From a virus: a stretch of 64,000 nucleotides of DNA. The stretch spans positions 64,001 to 128,000 of the IMG/VR virus record IMGVR_UViG_3300023202_000205; one strand, given 5' to 3'. Positions 1 through 8,857 of the stretch are shown piece after piece (within the stretch, counting starts at the first letter, position 1; each line of letters starts with the position of its first letter). A model generated the notes under the pieces. The model made no database searches, was not told the origin of the DNA, and worked only from the letters and a program-made list of their open reading frames with translations. A program made the translations under genes and the position numbers.

Positions 1-2379
1 GTCATACGACTTCACGGTAACCTTGATTCCCTTGGGTGTACGATTTACGTCCGTCACCACCCCAGGGGCGTGGTGGTCCCACCGCTGGGCATGGTCGGTC
101 GTAGTCGATCGAGGGCTGCTCATCAGCGCGCCAACAGCCTTCTTGCCCTTCTTACCAAACCCCAGAATAATCGGATCCCCTGGCTGCAACTCAGCCCCTA
201 CCTTTATGACACCGTCATCCCCGATCTTTTTGTACTGATCGGCATCAAACTTGTCACTGTAGATCGCCTGATACGACTTCTTATCTGTCGAGTCCACATC
301 AGAAAGGTCCAAGTCGCTCTTGTAGAGGGCCTCGCTAGTCAACTTCTTAGCAGCACTTTCGCTGATGACGAAAGCGTCTTCAATGGTATCCCCCTCAGCA
401 GCCATGAAAGCTACCCGCAAGTTGCGGCCAATAGCTGCAGTACCCTTGTCGTCAGTGAAGTTCGACTTGGCAAGCAACTGACCAGGCGTGACAAAGTCGC
501 CCTTCTTCACCAATGGGGTGTTATGGATCATCGTTTTACGCGCTGACGGGTAATTGTTGTACAGGTCGACAACCTTGTTTTTACCATCAGCTGTACGGAT
601 CTTGACCTCATCAGGGGTCACGGCGATTACCGTACCCTGCACAGGCGTATAGGCCGCACCCACATAACGCCCCATGGCCTCATGGGTATTCTCTCCGCCA
701 GGTCCCTTGGTCTGTACTAGAGGTGCCTCCGGCTCTCGCAGTGGCATTGCCTGCTGCGTCATTCGAGCCCCCATCAACAGACGCTGGCCCTTGATGGACT
801 GCGGGAAAGGAATCATCGCCGTAGCCCGAGACATCATATTCCCAGGGTCTGGGATGGCGTAGTCCACCTCCTCTTTGGGGACATACTGGATTTTGTCGTC
901 CTTGATGGCTGGGACCCGTTTGGCGTCCTTTTCCATCTCACCAGGGAATGAGATCACTTTGGTAGAAAGTGTTCGCGCGGACACAACTTCTTCTTCGCCC
1001 GTCTTGATATTCCTTACCGGGGTGTATAGCTGGTTATCGCTCCCCTTCAGGGCTGCATCTGTCGCTCGAAGATCCAAGCCCAACTTGCTGGACTCCGGAC
1101 CTCGGACAGGGTCGATAACGCCAATGTAGCTCGCCTGTACTCCACGAGCACCTCGGCTGACAGCCTGCTCGCTTGAGATGCCACCCTCCCCCATGCGTGT
1201 AATGGCTTGTCGCTGATCATGCACTTCGAACGGGTTGATGTCCTCAACGGAAAGCGCAAGGCCTGAGCCCTCGAAAAGGGATCCAATGTTCTTATCCATA
1301 ACGCCAGTAGGGATCTTCATCTTACCTTGCCTAGCTGACCGCCAGAGCAACTTACGTAGCGTGCCCGCAGGATCTCGCTGCAAACGCTCCCGGATGTAAT
1401 CCTCAGCACCATGGATCGACTGGAAGGCAGGAGAGTCCCGGTTGTCGCTCTTCTCCTCGTTCCTGGCTACGCGGATCACTTTACCCGTGGCGTCCAACAA
1501 CGTGCCGGTTGATAACTGGTCGATCGCCTTGCCAAGTGTCAACTCGGTAGTCTCAGGGTCTACCTGGGCTTTATCTAGAATATCACGGAAAGCTTCGGGA
1601 AGCAGGTCTTCGTCGACGTCGGTCTTCTGCGACCCCAACTTTCCCACCACCTTCTTGAGATCCTTGATGTCGTTGGCCGAAGGCGCTCGGTAGTTCTTGT
1701 TGTAAAGCTCCTCTCCCCAGCGCTTCTTGATGTCCTCATCCGAAACGCCTAGCTGACGAAGAAGTGGATAGAGCCTCGTCGTCGACTGACCGATCTGCAT
1801 CTTGAAAAGACCGGTCTTCGGTTCGAGCAAGATACGGAAGGCTCGCCCGGTACCGGGCTTGATGTTGAAGTGACTCTCAGTGCCCCCATCTGCGCGGGGA
1901 CGAGTGTAGACCCCCGGTCGAAGGCGTGCCTGGTTCCGCAAAGACCAGACCACCCCTTTACGAATGAAGACACCACGGCTATTCAAATGTGGGATGCGAG
2001 CCAACGTAACACGCTGCTCGTCAATTGGGGTCTCGGTAGCCTTGTCTACAAGACGTACCGTACCTCTCAGTGGACGATGCAGGGAAGTTCCCTGCATGAT
2101 CATCTCTTTCTCGTCACGCTTAGCTGGCGTGAAAGGTCCCTCGTAGCCAACATCCGTCACTTCCAGACGGTGTGTCGCATTTTCAACAGGTTTCATTCCC
2201 TGCAAGGCTTCGACGGCAGAGTTATAGATGTCCTCCCGTTGGGTATCCGAGTCATCAAAACGCCGCAACCGAACTGGGCGCGGAGCAGCCACAGGGCTCT
2301 GACTGGCTAGATTACCTGGCTGTACCGGATCCAGTGGAGCTGGAGGGTTTATAGGATCCAGCGGAGAAGCTAGAGCCAT
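1..2379 (-). CDS. rpoB: DNA-directed RNA polymerase beta subunit homolog, phage-encoded (3'-truncated by window edge)
   Basis: Manual translation from ATG at 2379; no stop found in the stretches translated, and the frame is consistent to base 1. RpoB motifs occur in the correct order: VTLARIPHLNSRGVFIRKG..NQARLRPGVY, LYPLLRQLGVSDEDI, EDINPFEVHDQRQAITRMGEGGIS, VQASYIGVIDPVRGPESSKLGL, MIPFPQSIKGQRLLMGARMTQQAMPL, VAFMAAEGDTIEDAFVISES, GDDGVIKVGAELQPGDPII. Missing from the supplied ORF track. Confidence 0.93.
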   Translation of the reverse strand, partial: MALASPLDPINPPAPLDPVQPGNLASQSPVAAPRPVRLRRFDDSDTQREDIYNSAVEALQGMKPVENATHRLEVTDVGYEGPFTPAKRDEKEMIMQGTSLHRPLRGTVRLVDKATETPIDEQRVTLARIPHLNSRGVFIRKGVVWSLRNQARLRPGVYTRPRADGGTESHFNIKPGTGRAFRILLEPKTGLFKMQIGQSTTRLYPLLRQLGVSDEDIKKRWGEELYNKNYRAPSANDIKDLKKVVGKLGSQKTDVDEDLLPEAFRDILDKAQVDPETTELTLGKAIDQLSTGTLLDATGKVIRVARNEEKSDNRDSPAFQSIHGAEDYIRERLQRDPAGTLRKLLWRSARQGKMKIPTGVMDKNIGSLFEGSGLALSVEDINPFEVHDQRQAITRMGEGGISSEQAVSRGARGVQASYIGVIDPVRGPESSKLGLDLRATDAALKGSDNQLYTPVRNIKTGEEEVVSARTLSTKVISFPGEMEKDAKRVPAIKDDKIQYVPKEEVDYAIPDPGNMMSRATAMIPFPQSIKGQRLLMGARMTQQAMPLREPEAPLVQTKGPGGENTHEAMGRYVGAAYTPVQGTVIAVTPDEVKIRTADGKNKVVDLYNNYPSARKTMIHNTPLVKKGDFVTPGQLLAKSNFTDDKGTAAIGRNLRVAFMAAEGDTIEDAFVISESAAKKLTSEALYKSDLDLSDVDSTDKKSYQAIYSDKFDADQYKKIGDDGVIKVGAELQPGDPIILGFGKKGKKAVGALMSSPRSTTTDHAQRWDHHAPGVVTDVNRTPKGIKVTVKSYD

Positions 2380-2384
2380 GGCCG

Positions 2385-3341
2385 TTAAAACCAGTTAGGG
2401 GCTGGTTGACGAGAAGCCGTATTGTCCTTCGCCTGCTGCGCAGGGCTACCTGGTTGGTCGACCACTTGTACAGGCACCGGCATAGCCACCGGAGCAGCTG
2501 GGGCCTCTGGCACCGGAACTGCTTGCCTAGCCTCCTCTTCCTCCTCGTCCTCTTCCCGAAGAGCCTCACGAAGGACAGGTACCATAGACAGTTGAGGAGT
2601 AGTAGCTTTCCTGCTGGAAAGGTACTGCTTGATCCGCTGGGCCTTGGTAGCCGAAGGGCTACTACGACGGGCCTGCTGATACCCCGACAAAGCTCCAAAG
2701 GTCAGACCACCACCTACCAGAGACGCCAGGATCCAAGGGAGATCAGACAACCCGACGGCCGCCTGCTTCTGCTGGCCAGCTGGCTGACTGAAGTAAGCGT
2801 CCTCGGCGGCCTTCATCGTGCCGTAGACTTTTTCGTCTTCATCTCGTGGGCGGTCGTTGAGCAGTCCACTAATGCGCTCACGAACCCTGTTGATGTCACT
2901 ACTTGCAGCCTGCTGCCGCATCTTGTCAACCAACAGGTCGGTGAGATACCACCCAAGAAGGCCTCCCCCAGTAGCCGCTGCGCCAAGACCAAGTCCGCCG
3001 AGCATAGTCGGGGACGTCTGGTGCACCGGTACCGCCGCAGGCGTTTTGGCAGCGGCTGCCTTAGAAAGCAACTTACGGACTTTCATTCCCCGCCTACGCA
3101 GCTGTTCCGCCTCCTCCGGGGTCACCTCTACAGGGATCTCCGTAACAGTCGACTTGGGCCGTTTAATCCTGGCAGCCCCCTCAGTCGGCTCATCCCGCGA
3201 CAAGTCGAACAGGTTACGAATAAGACGAGCACCACCGCCAAGTGCCGCCCCTCCCAGCAAGGCTGTAGGGAGACTCCCCCACATGTAACCGGGGTCTGTC
3301 GTGTCAGCCATGTGAGGCTTTTTAAGGACCAGGTCCGACAT
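2385..3341 (-). CDS. Hypothetical virion-associated protein with Gly/Ala-rich hydrophobic helices
   Basis: 318-aa ORF tightly packed upstream of rpoB. Three GGxxLGG-type segments; KAA and KQAA motifs. Confidence 0.6.
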   Translation of the reverse strand: MSDLVLKKPHMADTTDPGYMWGSLPTALLGGAALGGGARLIRNLFDLSRDEPTEGAARIKRPKSTVTEIPVEVTPEEAEQLRRRGMKVRKLLSKAAAAKTPAAVPVHQTSPTMLGGLGLGAAATGGGLLGWYLTDLLVDKMRQQAASSDINRVRERISGLLNDRPRDEDEKVYGTMKAAEDAYFSQPAGQQKQAAVGLSDLPWILASLVGGGLTFGALSGYQQARRSSPSATKAQRIKQYLSSRKATTPQLSMVPVLREALREEDEEEEEARQAVPVPEAPAAPVAMPVPVQVVDQPGSPAQQAKDNTASRQPAPNWF

Positions 3342-3346
3342 GAGCG

Positions 3347-3706
3347 CTACCTCTTCTCAGAGGGTACTTTATACTTCCTGTCCGCCCAGCGCAACAGAGC
3401 CACAAACTTGCCTGAAGATTCCTGAAACTCCGTACGGTGCTCACAAAGCACTGCGTGACCGTCCGCAATTTGCTGCCAGATACGCTCGTACTTCTCGAGA
3501 TCTCCGCCCTCACCAGAGTCTGAAAGGTCGAAAACCCGCACGCGGGCAACCCAGTGCTCCTGGATCTGCTTTTCCGAAGGGGTTTGCTTGTCAACCAGCG
3601 GTAGCTCGTCGACCCCAGCAGGCACTTCAACCAGTGGAGGTGGTTGGTAGCGGCTAGTGGGTATCCCCTTGGGGAGCTTCAAAGATTGTGCCATGCCGTT
3701 ATGCAT
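3347..3706 (-). CDS. Hypothetical protein
   Basis: 119-aa ORF filling the gap in a tightly packed minus-strand operon. Confidence 0.6.
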   Translation of the reverse strand: MHNGMAQSLKLPKGIPTSRYQPPPLVEVPAGVDELPLVDKQTPSEKQIQEHWVARVRVFDLSDSGEGGDLEKYERIWQQIADGHAVLCEHRTEFQESSGKFVALLRWADRKYKVPSEKR

Positions 3707-3721
3707 GTGGGAAGACTAACT

Positions 3722-4435
3722 CTAGCGCTTACGCTTAGCAAGAACCTTGCGCAGCTGGACATTGCGGTTGTCAGCCCTCAACCGATCAAGCTGCTCCTCC
3801 AGAAGCATCCGCTTGACCTTGAGCCGAGTGAGCTCCTCATCACCTTCATCCGGGGCATCCGCGAAGCCAGCCATCGTACCAGCTGTCTGACCCATCCCTG
3901 TCAAAGCCTTCGCTGCTGAGCGGGGCAGCGAAAGCAGGTCCGCCGGATTGAGAGCCAGTACGGGCACAAAGGCGTCCTTCTCCAGCTTCCCCCGGTCTTC
4001 CAAAAGCCCAAGATCCCTGGCCGCCTTGAGAAAGCCTAGACGGAAAGCGTGCTTTCGCTGTTCGGCCACCTTAGGAAGCAGCCGTTCCCTGCGCTCGAGA
4101 TCTGCTTTCTCCTGGTCTTCCGCCCACTTGATGGCGCCTGTATTCATCGCTGCACCCGCTCCCATAGCTGCTGTCTCCAGCTTATCCGCAAAACTGCTGG
4201 GTAATCCGAAAGCCTTGCTCGCCCCACGAGCTACCCCGGCACCCAGCCCAGCCCCGAAAACACCGTGAATTACGTCCTTGAAAGTCCACCTTCGAGGCTT
4301 TGGTTTTTCTTGTGAAGCCAGGTCGTCCCACCTCATCAGCTCGCGAGACTTGTCGGCAAGGTTGCCTGGTCCAGAAACGATATCGTCTCGGGACTCCATG
4401 GCGTCGTAATAGCGAGCAGCGTCCGCGTAAGTCAT
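3722..4435 (-). CDS. Hypothetical virion-associated protein
   Basis: 237 aa with a Gly-rich helix (GVFGAGLGAGVA), AFRLGFLKAA and a C-terminal coiled coil. Start overlaps the upstream stop. Confidence 0.6.
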   Translation of the reverse strand: MTYADAARYYDAMESRDDIVSGPGNLADKSRELMRWDDLASQEKPKPRRWTFKDVIHGVFGAGLGAGVARGASKAFGLPSSFADKLETAAMGAGAAMNTGAIKWAEDQEKADLERRERLLPKVAEQRKHAFRLGFLKAARDLGLLEDRGKLEKDAFVPVLALNPADLLSLPRSAAKALTGMGQTAGTMAGFADAPDEGDEELTRLKVKRMLLEEQLDRLRADNRNVQLRKVLAKRKR

Positions 4436-5715
4436 CCTCTACCACCTGGAACAAGGAAACGGTCAGTCGCCCCTACGGAACGGCGGGCCATATCCTTTGC
4501 CTGTTGCCAGGCGCTTTCAGCAGCATTCTGCGGCTGAGCGGCCTGTTGTGGCTGTTGTGCCTGTTGACCAGGTCCAAAAAGCGAGGAAGTCAGATTCGCA
4601 GGGGCTTGCGCCATGGACTTTCTGATCTGATCCATGAAACCATGCCCTGCCAGGAATGTGTAATCATGGAGCGTCGAGCGAAGGGCTGGGGCAAGATCCT
4701 CGTCCCCACGGCGCTCAGCGATCTGTTCAGCCGCTGCTTCGAGGTCTGAGAACGGAGCAGGGTTACCCTGCTCATCAGTCTGGTTGGCGGCTGTCTGGAT
4801 AGCTTCCAAGGTAGGGGCGTGGTATTTGTTCTTTGGGTTCGTCAACCGGTTATATCGCTCGTAGAGGTTATAGCCGCCTGCTCCCACCGCCAACGCTCCA
4901 AGTACCTTGCCGATATTACCGCCAAAGGTCATGGCGATAAGTCCAGCTGGGATCAGCGCCGTCTGCCAGTTCTCTTTGATCCAATCCGTAAACCCAGTAG
5001 CGTTCGGATTTTCCACCACACCTTCGACGGTCTTCCGCTCAATATCCTTAGCAACCTCGCTAGTACCCTCTCCAACACCTTTCCTGGCTTCCTCGATTAC
5101 GTCAACGCCAGCCAGATCCAACGCCTTCAGCGTAGCCGGATCGGCGATCGACTGACGTACCTTGGTATTATAGCTTTCCCACTGCTCAGGGGACCACGCG
5201 CTCGTCAGCGGGTCCATCGTCTCCGGTAGCCGCGATAGAGCTTGCTGAGCCTGTTGCTGATAGGGACCTCCCCGTGACATACGGAGCAGCTGCGCCTGCC
5301 GAGCAGCTAGATCGTCGAGCGCGCGAGGGGATTGCTGAAAATACGACTGCATGGCCTCTTGGGCAATCTGTTCATCAGTCGCCCCTTCCCCCAACTGCCG
5401 GGCGTAGTGCTTTTTCAGCTCCTGGTTCTGAAGAAGCCTATCTCGAAGACCACCATAGCCCGTCAAGAAGGTCCCTGGGGCAGTCGTGTACTCAGAGACC
5501 GCTCCGGACACCACTTGTGATGGGTCAAACTCTGGTGTCTCTGAAGCTGCCGAAGGAGTAGCTACAGGAGCAGGGGCTGCCTCAGTACTTGATGACATCG
5601 TGTTCTTAGGCGTCGGGGTAGCCGGCGCCGCTACAGCAAGGGGGTCTGCTATTTGAGCCTGTTTACGCAGCGCTCCGTGAACCTGCTCAAGAATGTGCTG
5701 CAGAGTCTTATCCAC
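4432..5715 (-). CDS. Hypothetical virion-associated protein with hydrophobic hairpin
   Basis: 427 aa. N-terminal LRKQAQ; hydrophobic ALIPAGLIAMTFGGNIGKVLGALAVGAGG segment. Confidence 0.6.
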   Translation of the reverse strand: MDKTLQHILEQVHGALRKQAQIADPLAVAAPATPTPKNTMSSSTEAAPAPVATPSAASETPEFDPSQVVSGAVSEYTTAPGTFLTGYGGLRDRLLQNQELKKHYARQLGEGATDEQIAQEAMQSYFQQSPRALDDLAARQAQLLRMSRGGPYQQQAQQALSRLPETMDPLTSAWSPEQWESYNTKVRQSIADPATLKALDLAGVDVIEEARKGVGEGTSEVAKDIERKTVEGVVENPNATGFTDWIKENWQTALIPAGLIAMTFGGNIGKVLGALAVGAGGYNLYERYNRLTNPKNKYHAPTLEAIQTAANQTDEQGNPAPFSDLEAAAEQIAERRGDEDLAPALRSTLHDYTFLAGHGFMDQIRKSMAQAPANLTSSLFGPGQQAQQPQQAAQPQNAAESAWQQAKDMARRSVGATDRFLVPGGRG

Positions 5716-8700
5716 CGATCACCCCTTGTGACTTCAGGCGGGAAAGGGTCTGAGCCACCTCGTCCGCGCCTACCGTCGTGGGTACATTTTGCGGGGCGGT
5801 AGCAGGCTGGTCAACGGAAGTAGCGGGGGCACCTGAGATACCCTGCTGACCCAAGAACTGTTCATAATCGTCAGTCAGAGCCGCCCCCAAAGAAGCCGGT
5901 TGCTGAGGCACCTTCCGAGAAGGCTGTAAAGGCTCCCTAGCGGGAAGCCCCATGCTCCGCCTCTTCTGGGCTTCCAACGTCGCCAAACGACGGTCCCGTG
6001 CCTCTGGAGAGACAATACGCTCCCAGACCTGCTGGCCTCGGTCCTGGGCGAGCTGACGCTGCTCCCTGATACCTCTCAACTCCTGCTTGGCCGTCTGATA
6101 ACGCTGTTCAGATTCTTGGGAACCCCTCCGAATATCCTCTTGCTGCTGACGAATACGCTTCATCTCCTGGACGTGTTCCGCCTGTCGCTGCTGTACCGCC
6201 TCCTCATGCTCCGCCTTCCACTGCTCCTTCTGGAACTCCTTGCCTGCTTCGGAAATCTCCCGTTTCTCCCGACGGAAAGGATTGCGCCAAGAACCTGGAG
6301 CAGACGGGATGGGAGCCTCAGCCCCCTCCGTCAGAGACTCCATCATGACAGGGTTCAAGCGTGGTTGCCCTTCCGCATCATGCGCGATGAACGTCTGGAC
6401 GAACGTCTCATCGCCTACCAACCGCATCAACTCCTGTGCCCGGGAAGCGGCCTGAGGACCGTGCTGACCCTCTATGTGTTCCACAAGGTCGTGCTGTAAC
6501 TGGCTGACTTCACGATCTTTGGGCGCTTCCCCGTGACGGGTCTGCACGCGACTGTATGCGGCGTTATTGGCAAGCACCGCCAGTGTCTGAGGCCCCACGT
6601 TGGGCAGCGCTTCTGCCAACTGCGTATAGGTATCGGAGTACTCCTGGGTCATCTCACGAGCACGCTTGTACTTGCTCAGAAACTGTTGCTTGGCCAGATC
6701 GCGGGCCTCAGAGGGATCCATGGAATACCCAGAGTTGTCGAGCGCCCTGGTAAGGCCCCCAGAAGCAGAAGACGTGATAGCGTTCGTCAGCCCTGGATTA
6801 TCTGCCAGCATAGCTTGAAAATGTGTAGGGTCCCAGAAGGCAGCCTCAGGGAGACTCGCGATGTCACGAAGGGCATTCTGTCCCAAGCCGACCATGCCAC
6901 CCGAGTGGTACTCGTCCAGCCAACGCTTCTCCAGTGCCTGCTCAATACGGCGCTGGCCAGCAGGGCTCAGCCCTTCGTACACGTCCCAAGCACCGGCCCC
7001 AAGGCCGGCAAGAGGACCTAGTACCTTACTCGTTGCGCGTAACCCCCGGAGAGCCTTGAGCGTACTTGGTGATTGGGCCATACGGGATAGACGGCCAGCC
7101 GCGACTGAAGTAAGTGGACCTAGGCGAGAAGCACGGCCCCCACGAGCAACCAACTGAAGCGCTTTGTTCATCGCTTTTGCAGCCCGACCAGTACGGGCAC
7201 TCTCTACCACCGACTTGGTCAGCTCGCTGGCTCGCCGAGGAAGACGTCCAGCCTGCCCTTTCATCGCCCCACCCAGGGACTTCGCCCCCTGCATAGCCTT
7301 TGGAATGCCCGTCGCACGTGAAACCGCTCCACCTGCTTCCTGAATACCCTTTAACGCCTTCTGAACACCAGGTAGTTGCTTAATACGACTACCAACTTCT
7401 CGCCCAAGGCGGTTGGCCTTTTGAGCCATCACCGACTCGGCAAACGCCGTAACAGCAGTATCACCATAACGAGCGGCAAGCTGCCCCCACGTCGGAGAGT
7501 GCGCCGCCATAACCTTATCGATCCCAGCCGCCTTGAGGTCCTCGGTAATCTCTGGGGTCAACTCGGTACCTGGATCGTAGGTCTTTCCAGACCTGCCAGA
7601 AATGGGTTCCATCAGCGTACGGTCACCGACCTCTCCGATCAAAGATGTCGGCTCGCTATTTATGTTGAGTAGCTGCCAGTCCTTCTGACCACGGATAGCT
7701 ACCTCCTGGCCAGTAGTGGCATCCATTCCCGCCTGCATAAGACCCAAGTCGTTCAATACGCTGACAGCTGGCATTACCCTAGGAGCGAGAGCCCAGTTGG
7801 AGCCTTGTGACAACATGCGCTTGACCAACTCCTCTGACTCTTGCGCCTGTCTCTGGGAGATAGCCTTTTGAACAGCGGTACGGTCAGGGAGCGTTTCGAC
7901 AGCCTGGTTAATAGCCCCTATGCTTTCCTGGATTTGCTGCTCCGTCTCCTGCCGAGCATCATCCATCGCTACAAGGCGCTGGTCCTTGTACAACTGAGCT
8001 GTCCCTTCCGGACCACCATATCCGCCCTCCGCAAGACGAGTCCTGGCACGGGTAACCTCCTCTGGGTCGTACCCCTGTTCCCGCTGTGTTTGGTCCAACT
8101 CATCCAGGAGAGCGTTGGATTTGACATACTTGGCCTGCGCGCGAGCGAGGTCTACGTAGGGGGCTAGCCCAGGCCGTCGATTATGCGGGGTTTTCTGTTC
8201 TTCCTTCACATCCCCCATAAATGCTACAGATCCAGCGGGAACGCCGAAATTGGCGAGGAATGACAGAAAAGGACTTCTGGCCAATCCAACCGCTGCGACA
8301 TTGCCCGCAGCATCCAACTCGCTCAGTGTAGAACTAAACTCACGGCTCTTCTCAGCAAGTACTGAGTCGGGGGTAATGTCGTGAGACTGGGCCAAAGGGT
8401 CGAACATCATCGCACTTCCGAGAGTTTCGAAAGCAGATTGCCCCGTACGCTGTCCAAAAGATCGAATGACATCCCCAGCGTACATGGGTCTCTTGGACGC
8501 AGCCTCTATCCAGGACTCCTTGTCGAGCCCCACACCACCCTCTTCCCTGGGCCCAAAATAGTTGGGGTTCTGAATCTCGTAGATATCAGCAATATCGTTA
8601 AGGACCGACTTGATCGACTCGTCGATGTGCGCCCGAGGACCAAGCCGTTCCTCTACCTGCTCTTCTGAGATATCCTGAGCAAGTTTAGCCAGAGCCTTCT

Positions 8701-8848
8701 TATAGTACTTGTCCCAGCCATTGCCCTCGAGAGTGGCTGTACGGTAACCACTCCCAGTCAGATTAACCGCTGGGTACGTAGAAGGGCGCCCTTTACGACC
8801 CTTCTTGACCTCCATCTTTTTCCGCTTCTCAATTCGGGCCTTCCCCAC
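5708..8848 (-). CDS. Large helical virion protein (tape-measure-like or internal/ejection protein)
   Basis: 1046 aa, Ala/Gly/Gln/Arg-rich, with a basic amphipathic middle region and C-terminal coiled coil. Adjacent to the putative portal. Confidence 0.5.
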   Translation of the reverse strand: MGKARIEKRKKMEVKKGRKGRPSTYPAVNLTGSGYRTATLEGNGWDKYYKKALAKLAQDISEEQVEERLGPRAHIDESIKSVLNDIADIYEIQNPNYFGPREEGGVGLDKESWIEAASKRPMYAGDVIRSFGQRTGQSAFETLGSAMMFDPLAQSHDITPDSVLAEKSREFSSTLSELDAAGNVAAVGLARSPFLSFLANFGVPAGSVAFMGDVKEEQKTPHNRRPGLAPYVDLARAQAKYVKSNALLDELDQTQREQGYDPEEVTRARTRLAEGGYGGPEGTAQLYKDQRLVAMDDARQETEQQIQESIGAINQAVETLPDRTAVQKAISQRQAQESEELVKRMLSQGSNWALAPRVMPAVSVLNDLGLMQAGMDATTGQEVAIRGQKDWQLLNINSEPTSLIGEVGDRTLMEPISGRSGKTYDPGTELTPEITEDLKAAGIDKVMAAHSPTWGQLAARYGDTAVTAFAESVMAQKANRLGREVGSRIKQLPGVQKALKGIQEAGGAVSRATGIPKAMQGAKSLGGAMKGQAGRLPRRASELTKSVVESARTGRAAKAMNKALQLVARGGRASRLGPLTSVAAGRLSRMAQSPSTLKALRGLRATSKVLGPLAGLGAGAWDVYEGLSPAGQRRIEQALEKRWLDEYHSGGMVGLGQNALRDIASLPEAAFWDPTHFQAMLADNPGLTNAITSSASGGLTRALDNSGYSMDPSEARDLAKQQFLSKYKRAREMTQEYSDTYTQLAEALPNVGPQTLAVLANNAAYSRVQTRHGEAPKDREVSQLQHDLVEHIEGQHGPQAASRAQELMRLVGDETFVQTFIAHDAEGQPRLNPVMMESLTEGAEAPIPSAPGSWRNPFRREKREISEAGKEFQKEQWKAEHEEAVQQRQAEHVQEMKRIRQQQEDIRRGSQESEQRYQTAKQELRGIREQRQLAQDRGQQVWERIVSPEARDRRLATLEAQKRRSMGLPAREPLQPSRKVPQQPASLGAALTDDYEQFLGQQGISGAPATSVDQPATAPQNVPTTVGADEVAQTLSRLKSQGVIGG

Positions 8849-8857
8849 GGGCTACCC

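Noticed and set aside
969-984. Palindrome-like GTGTTCGCGCGGACAC inside rpoB
   Set aside because: One mismatch and within a CDS. Mentioned in the motif finding but not called as a separate regulatory feature.
2406-3425. 339-aa plus-strand ORF and similar long antisense ORFs (e.g. 12566..13168, 13223..13951, 28433..29329, 43323..43949, 53747..54517)
   Set aside because: Shadow ORFs opposite well-supported minus-strand genes; Arg/Leu/Ser-rich composition and no recognisable motifs.
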